DNA of 64,000 nt from Oopsacas minuta (taxonomy: Eukaryota > Animalia > Porifera): NCBI GenBank assembly GCA_024704765.1, contig JAKMXF010000277.1, forward strand, positions 62,001 through 126,000. The letters are read 5' to 3'. Within the stretch, counting starts at the first letter, position 1. The number at the start of each line of letters is the position of its first letter. The notes under the pieces were generated by a model. The model searched no databases. It was not told the DNA's origin and saw nothing but the letters and a program-made list of their open reading frames with translations. A program made the translations under genes and the position numbers. Of this stretch, positions 39,406 to 53,400 are shown in pieces.

Positions 39406-39534
39406 CTGTCAACTCCCCTTATGTCAATTGTACAAATATGGTCCCAAACCGTCCAAGTAACATATATTCCATCAGTTATATCGAAGTAATAATTATCACG
39501 GTCCCTTGAGCTTCGATGTAACGTGAGGTGATAG
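39406..39534. mobile_element. TA-targeting MITE family B
   Basis: TA|ctgtcaactcc ... atatggtcccaaaccgtccaag ... ttatatcgaagtaat ... cccttgagcttcgatgtaacgtgaggtgatag|TA; near-identical core at 49575-49669. Confidence 0.65.
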
Positions 39535-39703
39535 TATTTTGAAGAACTCTAGCCTCTACTTGTTACCATAGTGTTTCTGACTGCCTTTTACTGAAATATC
39601 TCCTAATTATTGTCCCATTTTTCAGATCACAAATGAATAGTATTGTATACAGCAATGTTTACTAAATTTATTTAATACTTAGCAATCCGATCACTCAATA
39701 GGA

Positions 39704-42700
39704 ATGAGGGGTATCTTCTTGATAATCCTCATATCTCTATGTATTCAGAGCTCATACGCAGCTCTACCATTTGATTGTGATAACACAAATGACCTGCAAG
39801 CTGATTCAGCACTTGATAGCCAGTTCAGTACTACGTTTGATAGAGATTACTTCACTAACGATTCTGTTATTAATATTGTTGTAATGAAGGATACTAGTTA
39901 TGATGCTTCTAATGTGAAAGGTGAATTATTGAGCTTTTAAATTTGGGAATATTTGTATTATTTGATATAAAATATGAATCCAGTGAAAATAGTGTACTGT
40001 TTAAACGGGGAATACAGTAAATGGCGGTTATAAGAACACCCTTGGGAGAAGCAATACACGTTCTTATTACAGGTCTAAAGATACAGGAGCATATGAGAAC
40101 CGTTTTCCAGAGGATGGTGATTATATCCTGCCTGTTATTATAACCGACATCTACTGTGTTTTCTAGGAATTTTCTTTTCCGTATTCGGCGTTGAAACTAA
40201 CGGCAGCATCACTACAACAAGCTACGGAACCTTCCCAATAGTAACAACAGTAGAATCTGCACTCTCAACAGTCAACTCACCATGTGAGTTCGTAACATTT
40301 TCCCTCTGGCCTGGTCAAATTACTGTATTCTGGAAAGCAACTGGTACAACTTCCTACCCAGAAACAATACGTCTATGCGTTGGTATAGCTGTAACAGAAT
40401 CTCCCATAACTGGCTATCTCAACTGCCAAGATATACGCAGGGCCCAAGCAGTTACAAAACCGGATATAACACCTGGACACGGGATGTGGAATTCTAATAT
40501 TGATCTGATGTGTATGGTGACTGTGTTCCCAGCTCCTGTATTCAATTGGTATTATAATGACGTCATGATACAGGTAATAATGTATAGACCATGGTAACTT
40601 CCATATAAGGAATGATTGCAATGATCATTTTCTATGGCAACATGAATATTCTCAGATATATAGAAGTTAACGTCATAAATCATTTTGAGCTGAATAAACT
40701 TTATCATTAACAGCGGGCTTAATTTTTCCGTTACCTTTAGAACAATGCGCATCACTTACTCATCGACACTTCAACCTCATTCAACGGTGATGACGATCAT
40801 CAAAGCACACTCAGTGTACGCAATTCCCGTACATACGATACAATATTCAATTACCACTGTACTGTAACAAATGTATTACAATCGACAGAAGTACGCTCAG
40901 ATAACGCAGTACTGACTATTGGAGATCTGCCATTAGTTCTAGTGGAGAGTCCTGATGCTAAAGTTAATGGGTTTCTAGAGGACAGTCTGGTTATTAAGTG
41001 TGTATTCGTTTCTTACCCTAGGCCAATGGTTGTATGGGAGAAAGAAGGTATTATTAATTAACTTTTAGATCAGCAGTTCCCAACCTGAGGTCCGTGGACC
41101 CGTTGTATTGGGAGGTGGTCCGCAGAATGTGTTATCATTGGTATAGTGGGTGCATGAGTCAAAATGATTGGGAACAGCTCCTTTAGAGTATCTGTTTATT
41201 TATCCATGGTCCTTGCTCACAATCAAATGACACTAGGGGAGAGAATACATAGTTACTTGTTAAGAAAATCTGTCATGTATCTGGCTAGCTATTTCGAGTT
41301 TATTTGGAGGCAACTCTACTAATTTACTTGACAGCATGAAGCCATGGAATTCTATGTGAAACTAGTCATTGAAGTTAGTTAATGTACTTAGCAAATTATA
41401 TAAACAAAGAATTACTTGATTCAGCAAGAAACTATTAGATACGATTTTTGAAAATATGACCATGGATGTATTCTGTAAACTACAAGTCAATTCTATGATT
41501 TCTATCTATCATATCTTTAGGTATTCGCCTCGACAACACATCAGAGATCGTAATAATCCCAGGAACAGACATAGAAGACCCTACGTCAGGAATAATAATT
41601 AACAGTAGACTAGCATTCTCATCACTATCACAATCTGATTCAGGAAATTACTCCTGTAAAGCAATGCGTGGAGGAACAATATTAGCTAATATAGACTCCG
41701 TATTCACACTGGATATAATATCAGCTGCTTCTATTACATTCCTAACACCAGATTCCATTGCTATAGTAGGCACATACGTCACCCTTAACTGTCAAGCAAA
41801 CGGAATCCCCACCCCTACGATTAGATGGTTAAACAGTGCTGGCGTTGACATCGGCCAAACTTCGAGTATTTCAGTGCGCGTTATGATTTTCGGTATAAAC
41901 ACATGGACGTGTGAAGCATCAAACGCTGGTGGTATGGAAAACCTTACGGCTAGTATCACCGGTTATATAACAGCCGCGGGTATAGCTACTCCACCTGGTG
42001 ATACTACAGTAGCTTATAGAGATAGAGCAAGTTTTGTGTGTGTAGCTAGTGGTGATCCTTCCCCTGTTGTTAAGTGGTATTTTACTGAGACGGGTGGAAC
42101 TACTGAGATTGAGTTGAGTGGTAATGAGGATGTGTATGATATTTCTGAAGCTAGTTTGGTTATACCTACAGCTACATTGAATGAACAAGGTTGTTTGTTG
42201 TTTGTTTTATAGTATTTATTTGACTTATTACGACTAATTAGACACAATAAATACAGAAACAATCAGGTTTGAGCCAGGTCCCTCTTAGAAGTTAAAAGAT
42301 GGTTTCAACCCAACAAACCGTGAACAAAGGGCACCTACTATGTTCACCTCCCTCACCTCTAGCCGCTGCCCTGGCCCATGAGTATTATAATCTGCCCTTT
42401 TCAATAGCTATTGTCCAGTCCAAGCACTCAAAAATTGAATACAAATTTGCAATTTTCGGATATTTCCAATAGGACAATAACATACAGTTTCAAGCAGTTT
42501 AAATAAGTTTAATTCAGCTTTTTTTGCCCCGAATTCACGCCTGAATTATTTATATAAAGTAGATTTCGCCTATTAGCTAGTCTTATTCCCCAATATTTCT
42601 TTATAGGATCATATCGCTGTGAAGCTAGTAACTTAGCAAACACAGAAAGCTCATCAGCTACCTTAACAATACAAATAGTACGACCATCTGTACAGATAAC

Positions 42701-45700
42701 TCCAGCATCACAAGATGTAGTGTACAACACAGCTCATACGATTTCATGTCTTTCAAGCGGTATACCTACCTCTGTGAATTTTATTACCACCCCACAAGAG
42801 AATAAAGTATCTTCTCCGTATGTGATTACGTCATTTAATGAGGGGAACGTGGGGTTATACAGATGTGTGGCGGTTAATCCAGCTAACGGGGAGTTAGCTG
42901 TACAGTCAGCTACGTATTCATTGACACCGTTATCAGTAGCAGTAACTCCGGCTGCTACTATTGTGGATATTTCTAGTTCAAGTTCTATTACGTTAACTTG
43001 TAGTGTTTCAGGTAAGTTGTAGGGAATCGAGATCTGTTCGAGATAAGCTTGGGGCCGTTTACTTTTAAGTGATTACAATAATGGCTACAATTACAACCCA
43101 AGGTTTTCAAGCGGCTGCAATTACATTTATGATTACAACCACAATTTTCAAACGATTAAGATACGATTACTATAAATTGGTGCATGATTTACGATTATGA
43201 TCTGAGGAAAAATGTGTAATCGATTGCAATTGTAATCAGCCCTCGATTCGAGATATCAAATATAAGTATCCTGTATCTAGGTTCCCCAACATACACGTCA
43301 TTAAACTGGTACCACAAGAACCCCTGCTCAGAAGAGACAGTACAAATATCAGGCACTGAATCAGGCCTATCAATATCCCCAAGTACCCTAACGATTATCC
43401 CAACATACGTCACAAATTTCCTACCTGGAGAGTATATATGTGTAGCTGAGAGGTATTCTATTGAGTTCAGTGGTAGTGCTGTACTTACTGTGACGTCACT
43501 GACAGATACAGTTACAATTGATCCGCCGATTTCTGTAAGTTTATGTATTTTATAGTCAAGAGTTAAGTCGACACACATTGTTTCTATTTCTTTCATATAG
43601 ACTTACAACTGCCCAGATCTATCTGGTGCATTAACACGTGACTTACAATGCAACGCTATGTCATCTGGAAGCAATCTAGTAACATATTCCTGGTTCCTAA
43701 ACCAGAATAGACTAGATCCAGGTTCTGATACATCACGTATAGATTTATTACCAGATGGATATGGTAATTATAGATGTGTAGCTACTACTGGACAAATATG
43801 TGAATATTCAGAATCAGCTGTTGATGGTGGTTTGAGTGTTGATATAGAGTTTACACATTCTACACTTGTTAGCGTAAGTTTCTATAGAAGTAAATATTTT
43901 CACAACTTTTGAATATTATACCCTCTAAACAGGTGGAAGAGAGTATCACAATAAATTGCCTCGCAAACGGGTTTCCAACAATCAATTATTCATGGTCAAA
44001 GAATGGCAACATAATCATTGGTCAAACTACAAGCATATTCACTATAGGAGCAGTAACAGTAGCAGATACAGGCGAATACACATGCTCTGTTAATATTTCT
44101 GAATGCACGGGAGTGATGACGTCATCTGGGGTTATTATAAACGTCATACAAACTTCTCCACTTATATCAACAGTCCAGGATAATATTGACGTTGAATTGG
44201 GCAGGAAACAGGTTCTCACGTGTCAAGGAACTGGTCTACCAACACCCAGTTACCAATGGTACCATAATTCAGTTCCAATCCAAAACGCGGAATCTGCCAC
44301 ATACACAATTACGTCAGCTACTATAACCGATAACGGTATATACACATGCGAATTGTTTTCATATGTTGATCGTAGTTTCCAGGATATTTCACTTATATAC
44401 GTATACCAAGCACCAATTGATATACAGATAACTGGCCAGCCAATGGTTCCCAGTGAAATCGGAGATACAGTTGTGTTAACGTGTAATGCAGTTGGTATTC
44501 CCGCACCGAGTTATCAATGGTTTTCGAATGATGATGGTTCGTTACTTTCCAGTGATGCGAGGCTAGAAATCACGGTGGTGGAGGAAACTGAATACTCATG
44601 TCTTGCGGACAATGGCCGTGGCATAGCTCAAGATTCTGTTGTTATTTCAATAGCCCCAGAGCCTTCTAACTTGTTGATAATTCTCCCTGTCGTGTTGAGC
44701 ATATGCGCAGTGCTAGTATTCAGTATAATGATAAGTGCAGTGTGTCTAATGTGGGTGTATAACATTAGAAGAAGGAGAAGTGATTTAAAAGGTGAAATAG
44801 CAGGTGATTCTAATGTGTTACTTGCTGATCCGCCAGTTTTAAATGAAGATGGTGATGCACAGCTGGGGATAGAAGAATCTATTGCTAGTACTCCGTCTAT
44901 TACGGGTGGATTGCAGAGTGATAATATTGGGAAGTTAGGTGGGCTTGATCGATCTAATCCATTGACTGTGGAGCAATTACAGGTGAGTCTGTTTAGAGTT
45001 CAAATTCATTTAAGTTTACTCAATTGGTTCCCTTATGTAATTCTATAGACTGTGTTATCAACAGTCGAGAAGAATGGAGGATTTGATGGAGACAATGAAT
45101 TGAGTTTAGATTTTGAGAGTACTCCCAGTAATATGGCTAAATGGACTACAATGCCTAAGGATAGTGAGATTAAGAATAGATACATGAATGTACTGCCTAA
45201 CCAAGATACCATGGTGGAGCTCGCTGATAGTACAGGTATTTACAAACAAATTAGCATACATACACAATCCATATGAACCTCTTGGTGGTCCACGGACAAC
45301 GGCAGGGGGTCCAAAGCATCTCAAAATTTGTATTATAGTCTCTGGAAGAGAGTCCACAAAATGTGTTAAGATAGATATAGGGTTCCACTGGTGAAAATGG
45401 TTGGGAATCGCTGCTGTATACGAATGATCAAATAAAAAACTTTAACTCAAACTCATATTTATAGGAGAATCTGGGTCAACTTACATAAACGCAAACTTCA
45501 TAATAAACTACAAATCCAGTAAAACTGCCTATATCGCAGCACAAGGGCCTCTCCCAAGTACAATCGTAGACTTCTGGCGTATGGTATGGGAAAATGATGT
45601 ATCAGCTGTTGTAATGACGTGTCTTTTATTTGAGAGGAAACGTATACGTTGTGCCCGCTACTGGCCTGATACACAACAACGTCCTACTGAGATTTATGGT

Positions 45701-46473
45701 CATTTCAAGGTTTCTATTGATTCGTATGCTAAAGCTGATGATTATGAAGTTGCTATGCTTTATCTCGTTAATCTGAAAGCTGGGCCTGATGAAGTGCAGA
45801 AAAAACTTGTTAGTTTAAATACCAAAATATTATTTAGATTAGTTTCGCTTTACTTCCAAGGATTTTACTTAGACATTCCACCATGGAAATATTGAAACAT
45901 TTATGTGTCTTTTTTACAAATAATTAATTGCCTGACATTTGCCATTAATGGATGTAAAACTTGGAAATGCAGGCTTTTTCATTTTTTGAAAATCCCGGAA
46001 AATTCTGGGTTTTCATTCCTCTTTCTGAGGATTCAATTTCCTTAGATTATTACGTCATTTCCATATTCCACCAGTAAATATAAAAAAATATAGCAAAAAA
46101 TTGCTAAAATTTCCAGTGGACATGATGTTGCATTCTCTAGGTCCACCATTACTGGTACAAATCCTGGCCAACGTACGGCGTGCCCAAAGAGACCCACAAA
46201 ATATGGAAATTCCTTGATGAACTCAACAATACACTCAAAGACTCCGACAAACCAATTTTATTCCATTGCAGTGCTGGTATAGGACGAACAGCTGTTTTCA
46301 TTGGTATTGACATGGGCATGCGTGAGTTCAAAAGTTCAAGCAAGGTTGATCCGCTAAAATACCTATGTTTGCTGCGAAAAGGCCGTGGGGGCTCAATACA
46401 AACAGCTGAGCAGTACTTGTACATGCATTCTGTATTGTCTGATTTTATCAACTCGCGATCAACTACAATCTGA
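39704..46473 (+). CDS. Receptor protein tyrosine phosphatase: signal peptide, Reeler-like N-terminal region, about 10 Ig domains, TM, single PTP domain
   Basis: Signal peptide MRGIFLIILISLC; repeated Ig C...W...D.G.Y.C patterns from 40440 to 44650; TM LLIILPVVLSICAVLVFSIMISAVCLMWVY; PTP motifs KNRY, YINAN, YIAAQGP, DFWRMVWE, RCARYWP, HCSAGIGRT, IQTAEQY. Stop at 46471-46473. Confidence 0.88.
40015..40156. mobile_element. TA-targeting MITE family C, near full length, in RPTP intron 1
   Basis: TA|cagtaaatggcggttataag ... ttataaccgacatctactg: 19-bp TIRs with 2 mismatches. Confidence 0.75.
41071..41180 (+). mobile_element. hAT MITE family A with degenerate 8-bp TSD
   Basis: ttttagat|cagcagttcccaacctgaggtccgtggaccc ... 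gattgggaacagctc|ctttagag (6/8 TSD match). Confidence 0.75.
43069..43238. repeat. GATTAC/GTAATC-rich palindromic interspersed repeat in an RPTP intron
   Basis: Multiple gattac units on the left and gtaatc units on the right; ends gtgattacaat / attgtaatcag are inverted. Confidence 0.5.
45268..45413 (+). mobile_element. hAT MITE family A lacking the left TIR, in an RPTP intron
   Basis: ...cttggtggtccacggacaacggcagggggtccaaagcatctcaaaatttg ... ggtgaaaatggttgggaatcgctg|ctgtatac. Confidence 0.7.
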
Positions 46474-47407
46474 TGCTTATTACTTATTTATATTAGTTAC
46501 CATATAAGGACATAGTGAATACTACATTTATTTATTTTTATTGTACGCAATTTTATTCTATATTTTTATTCTATCTAATTTCCCTATTTTATCTGCTATT
46601 ACATGCTTTCTAGCGTATACACTGTATTTTGTTGTGCTTTCTGTGTGAGGTATATATAGCGGGTACTTTGAGCATATTGGATGAACTAGTATCCTTGCTA
46701 CCCTCCCGGGATTTGGGTACTTATCCTTGGAAAATGCCGAAAATTTCTGTTTTTTGGCAAGTTTCAGGGTATTTTCGAGTGTAATATGTGAACTACAGAT
46801 TTGGGGATGAAATACTCACCATGGATCAAATCATTTTCACTACATCTAATTTTTTCTAATTATATTTACTTACGCATTTTGAGCGAATTCTTTCTCCTTG
46901 TGTGGTCGCACAATATGCGTGAACTTCGAGTTCATAATTACTAAGACGTCAATACATTCAATCCTTTTTAATAATAGAAATTGTTTAGTTTGTCTCAAAT
47001 CTATCTTCTGTTTCTCAAATTTTGTTATACATTTCTCGTGATAAGGTGAGTAATTTGAATTTCATCTAGATAGAATTTGCTGCCACTGGCTGCTAGTTGG
47101 ATTATTCAGCATTTTTGACACGTTTCGGCTGGTCAAGTTGAAACAAAGCCGACGCAATATCCTTTTGTCAATGTATTTCCTAGAGCTGTAGAACACCAAA
47201 ATGCCCACTCTTGTCTGCCCCGTGTTTTTATGCTTCGCCTATTTCCAAAGTTTGCTGTCGAAGTTTTACTCAAAAATGCATCATTCTAACCTACACTTTT
47301 CTTCAGCTTTTGTAACAAATCTAACTTCATGTTTACCCAATAGTTTAGAAGCTTAGCGTATCTTTCACACACACACACATGCAACACTGTCATTTTCACA
47401 AGATAAT

Positions 47408-50400
47408 ATGCGTTCTTTCACACTGATAATCCCACTAATTATCCTATTACTAACCCGATCCACTTACTCTCAAACCTCACATCATCCTGAATTTTCAGCG
47501 AATGAATTCAATGGAGAAATAATAGAAAGTGCGGGTATAGGTGATGCTGTATTGACTGTAACAGCTACTGATAGTGATGGTCACAATATAGCATACTATA
47601 TACAAGGACAATCTCATACTTTCTTTGCATTGGACGCGACAACGGGTGATATTACTGTAAATGACTTTTTGGATAGAGAAACACACGATTTTGTATCATT
47701 TGAAGTAAGTTTATTCATTTATGTAACTGTTGTATACTTGCTTACACAGTTCATACATTTTGGCCTTTAAAGTTATTTTGACTGAATTTGGCATAAACTT
47801 GGCATAAACAATTTTTTGACATTAACATGGTATGAATTATTCAAGTTTGTAGCATAAACCCTCTCCGTATGTTATCTGTCAACACTTTTTTTTCTATGCA
47901 GAATATACTTCTAAAATATATGCAATTCAGTTTAGAAAACCGCCGTAATGCCTTCAATACTTGTAGGTTATTGCTGTTGATGATGGATCAAGTCCACAAA
48001 CCAGCACAAGCCAAGTAAACATAGCAATACTTGATTTCAATGACAACAAGCCTGAATTCACCGTGTTTCCTAACCCTATAATGATAAGTGAAGATACAGC
48101 ACCATCTACTACGTCTCCTATTGAATCGTTTTTTGCTGACGACCCTGACGCGGGTATCAATGCATTGGTAGCTTATTCTCTATCAAATGATCCTGATAAT
48201 AGGTTTTCTATTGATGCTCTGTCTGGAAAATTGTATTTACTTCAACAACTTGATTTTGAGGATCAGACTGAGTTTAACATATTGGTAATCGCTACTGATG
48301 GAGGTGAGAACGTGATTTTCCCCATTGGATAAATGTAATCGCGATTGCCGTTAAATGATTACAATTGCGATTACATATCTAGCATTCATTTGATAAAATG
48401 TAATCACAATTGTGATCAAGTAATTGTGATGTAATTATTCCTAATGAATTCAGGTACCCCAGCACTTTCCCGTCAGAAAGGCGTGCAGATCATAGTAACT
48501 AACGTTGACGACACACCTCCAGCCTTCGAGAACCTGCCATACTCAGTCACTATCCCAGAAGACACTCCTGTCGGTACAATAATATTTACAGATATTTCAG
48601 CTACAGATCAAGATTCTGTAATTAGCAATGCAATAACTTTCACTATTCAGTCCGGAGATGACCAGACTAGATTTTCTATCACGAGTGGTGGAATGCTTGA
48701 AATAGCAGCTACTCTTGATTATGAAACAAAAACTTCTCATGAATTAGTTATACATGCACAGGAAGTCACAACTGTTAACCCTACACAACAGACTGCAACA
48801 GTTTCGATTACTATTATTATAACGGATGTGAATGATGTTGCCCCTAATCTACCCAATACTGTCCTGGTTACTGTACGTTGCATTTAATACAGTAAATACC
48901 GGTTTTCCGTGGCTTTTCTGTATATCGAAATTTCACTCGATAGTTTCATACCTAGCCGATAAATATTAGAAAAAGGGTTAGACCGGAATCGATAGTACTT
49001 TATATGGTAGACACAGATTATTACGTAGATATTTGACGTCATTTTCCAGATTTCTCCTATAGGTATCAGAATCAATTGAAGTAGGCCATTCAGTAATCCA
49101 ACTAGAATTCACTGATGAAGATACAGTAGTAGACAGCTACACATTCGAAAATATAACACCTGGGTCTAAATTCATGGTAGATAACAATGGATTAATCACA
49201 ATTGCCAGTACACTTGACTACGAAACACTCACCTCTGAGACTTTTGAAATACGAATGTGTGAAGCAGCAGCTGCTATATCTACTCTATGTGCTACTACCA
49301 CTGTACAAGTTACAGTCACTGATGAGAATGACAATTCACCTGTGTTTGCAGATACAGAATATACAGTTGATATAACTGAAGAGCAAGCTAATCCAGATTT
49401 CTTTACTATTACTGCTAATGATGTTGATACTGGTAAGTAACGGTTATACAGTGGAAACGGTACTCATATATTCCTGTACGTATATTTATGTCGGTTGTGA
49501 GAACATGTTTTGTTACTCCCAAGAGTGTTCTTATAACCGCCATTCACTGTATTTATATCAAAGTCTGAGATTGTCCAAATATGATCCCAAACCGTCCAAG
49601 AATATTCCATCGGTTATATCGAAGTAATTATCGCGATCCCTTGAGCTCCGATATAACCGGAGTTGAGTGTATTTATATTGACTATTTCTTAAAGGTTTAT
49701 TTGGTGGAGTCGTCTACTCTCTTGATGGACCATTAAGTAAAAATTTTTCAGTGGTAAATACAACAGGAGTAATCAGTAATACAGACCCACTCGATAGAGA
49801 GACAAACCCTACTATTCATCTAGTTTATATAGCAACTGATACTGATCCAGATCATCCACGGTTCACATCTGTTCCTCTAATTATAACCTTGATTGATGTC
49901 AATGATCAAACTCCAGCTTTCTTGAGCGTACCATCTCCGTGTGCATTTGAAGTTCCTGAAGGGGTAATTGATTAGCGATTTGTTTTGTAGAATAATATAT
50001 AGCATTACTATAAGGTATTAATTTTAATTACATTCATTGTAGTCTGTTGAGGATATTTTTACATTCACAATAACAGACGGAGATATAGGAACTAATGCAG
50101 TTACATCAGTAGCAGTAGATAGCGGAGATTTCCGCATAGATCCTGCTACAGGCACAAAATTTACCCTCCAAACCAGTGGATCCCTTGATCGTGAAACAAT
50201 ACCCAGTTATACTATAGTCCTAACCGCAACTGATTCAGGAACTATTCCGTTGAATTCTACGATAACTTGTACAGTCACTGTCACTGATATTAACGATGAA
50301 ACGCCGGCATTTGGGCCGACGCAATCTGCAACTCTAGCTGAGAATGCTGCAGTTACAGATGCGGTTACTACCATTACAGCTACTGATGCTGATATCGGGG

Positions 50401-53400
50401 CTAATGCTCGTTTGACTTATGAGTTTAATTCTGGTAATGATGAGGGTGTATTTGTAATAGATTCTGCTTCAGGTTTGTAAGTTATTTAGTCTATAGCAGT
50501 AGTTCCTAACCTGAGGTTCATGGGTCTAAAAATTGTATTGCAGTATATGGGAGGGGTCTACTGGCGAAATGGTTGGGGGAACCGCTGGTCTATAGTAATT
50601 TAGTAATTCTTGTAATTATGAAACTAAGGAGTGACATTACTCCATTTCTCCTTAATGAACCCCTGTTTACGAAGGATAACGAATATCAATTTCTACTTAT
50701 TATGTCATAATCCATTTTCTATTCTACAGGATCTATTACACTGCAAAACACTCTTGACTATGAAACAACACAATCCTACACCCTAGAGATACTAGCATTA
50801 GACGCAGCTGATCCACCACTTGTAGGAACTGGTACAGTAACTGTAGCTATAACAGACGTGAATGATAATGCTCCTACTTTTGGGCAAATTCGCTATGAGT
50901 TTACTGTTACAGAATTAGCTGTTAATGGCTCTGTTGTTGGGACTGTTTCTGCTACTGATGATGATCGTGATTCTCCTAATAATGATTTTAATTTCGCTAT
51001 TCTGAGTGGTCAGTTGAGTAATTTATGTTTGAGAAATGACGTAATTTTCAGTGTATAAGCACCATCCTCTGGAACACGCTAGTCATATATTCCTGTATAT
51101 TTATGCCGGTTAGAGAAACATGTTTTGCTACTCCAAATGGTGTTCTTATAACCGCCATTCACTGTATTGCCTATGGGAAATCTCCGAATCTTATAGACGA
51201 ATATCTTTCTACGAATTTCAATTCATTCAATCAATTTTTAAACACTTGGCTTAGAATTTTCATATCTTAGTGACTCTAGAAACTTATTGGAATTCTAAAT
51301 TTTTGCCTTACGTTTATTCAATTCCAAGAATATTTCGACATTTTTACACTTTTTGGATATTCAAAAATTTCTCTAGAATTCCTGTGAACTACTCTAATGT
51401 GATGAATATTTTATAGGTAATACTGGTGTTACATTCGAGCTGAACCCTTTAGTTCCTGGAGAGATCATCATTCTAACACCTCCTCTATTTGATATAACTC
51501 CAAGTTTCATACTCACAATTACTGTTACTGATCAAGGAACTGATCCTTCTTTTCTAACTTCATCTGTTATAGTCGTGAGTTGTAATTCCAAATATCAAAT
51601 CTTGACTATATTACAAACCGATTTTATATATAGAATGATTGTAGTATTGATAATTGCAAAATACTCACTTTTCCGCAATTTTCCGTTTGGTGTCAAGTTT
51701 GGTCAAAATGTTAGAAAAATGACACAATTACCTGTGACTAAACCATGGCCAATATGACCTTATGTTGAGAAATTGGGTTACAGAATTTATACCAGAATCT
51801 GCCCAGAAATTCCAGCTATGACTTCTATCTATATATTATAGGCTATTACAGTTACAGATACCAATAACAATCCCCCAGTTCTAGTCGACGCATCTTACAC
51901 ATTTACTGTTACAGAAGGAACACATGTTGGTGCACTAGTAGGGTATGTATCTGCTACAGACGTGGATAGTGATGACGTCACTACATTCGTGTTCTCTCTG
52001 GACAATTCATGTTAGTTATATCCTAATGGTTTTGTAGCAGATAATGAGTATTACTCTTGAGATTTAGTTTGACTAAGTTTGGCCTGAAGTTATCTGTACG
52101 TATTCACAATTTTACTCGCTTTTCATAATTTTCACCGGATTTCGAAAATATCCAAAATATTGCAGGAACACAAAGGGTACACGTGTTTTCAAAATTTATA
52201 TCACAGTCTATGGAAGGTTGTCTATATAGTGTGTTGAAATAGCATCAATCCAGACCAGGCAATTTCGAGTCGAAAATCACTGAGATTTCCTTCTTATAGC
52301 GGCTCCATTTGCAATCGACTCAGAAACAGGAGTAATAACCACTACCTCCGCTACAATTGACAGAGAAACAACCCCTTCATTCTCCTTCACAGTACAAGTA
52401 GAAGATTCTGCTACTACCCCTATTAATCAAGATGTAGCATCTGTAACAGTTATAGTGATAGATGTTAATGATAATAATCCTGTGTTCTCTCCCGCTTCTT
52501 ATACGTTCATTGCTGTTCCGGAGAATTCTATGGCGGATTTTTCTGTTGGTACAGTTTCAGCTACTGATGAAGATATGGGTATTAATAGTGACATTTCTTA
52601 TGCTATTATCGGTGGTAATCAACATGGATATTTCAAAATTGATGCAACTACAGGTGTGTACACAATTGTTTAGTATATTTTTGCAGGCAACTCCCGATAT
52701 ATCGAACTCTGAAATTCTACACTTGAGCTTCGATATATCTTGAGTTGACTATATTTCACTCATAAATGATGATAATATTACGTCATAGTTGTGAATTTTG
52801 GTCCCAAACTCGAACTTGACCGAGCGCGGCCCAAAATACGTGGAAACGGGAAACTTCTAGAACGGAGTGAAAATACATTTATCGAATTCATAGTCCCCCC
52901 ATACAAGTGAACCTCCACGAATGGGGAATTTAGCAGGAATTTGGAAACGTCATTTTTCGGCATTCTATATGTTACACCCTCCTTTTTATCTTAATATCAT
53001 ATAGGTGTTATCACTACCACAACTACTGCAATTGATTTTGAGTTAATCCAATCAGTCACTATTACAGTAGAAGCAAGAGATGGTGGTGTAGTACAACGAG
53101 CTACAGACGTCGAAGTCGTAATTCCAATCGAAGACCTGAATGATAATCCTCCTTCCTTCCTCGGTGCACCATATTCTACTTCTGTAGCAGAAGATATTGC
53201 AATTAATGATACTGTATTTACTATTATTAAACAGGACGCTGATAGTACATTAGTTGTAACATTGAGTATCATATCTGGAGATGCTGGTGAGTATTTTATA
53301 ATACGTTTTACTTATACGTATATCGGCAGGCTATATTGCCGACGATATTTTTCTATTCACTTTTAGTGTGTTGAAGTCATTTTTTCAGGTTAGGAAAGGT

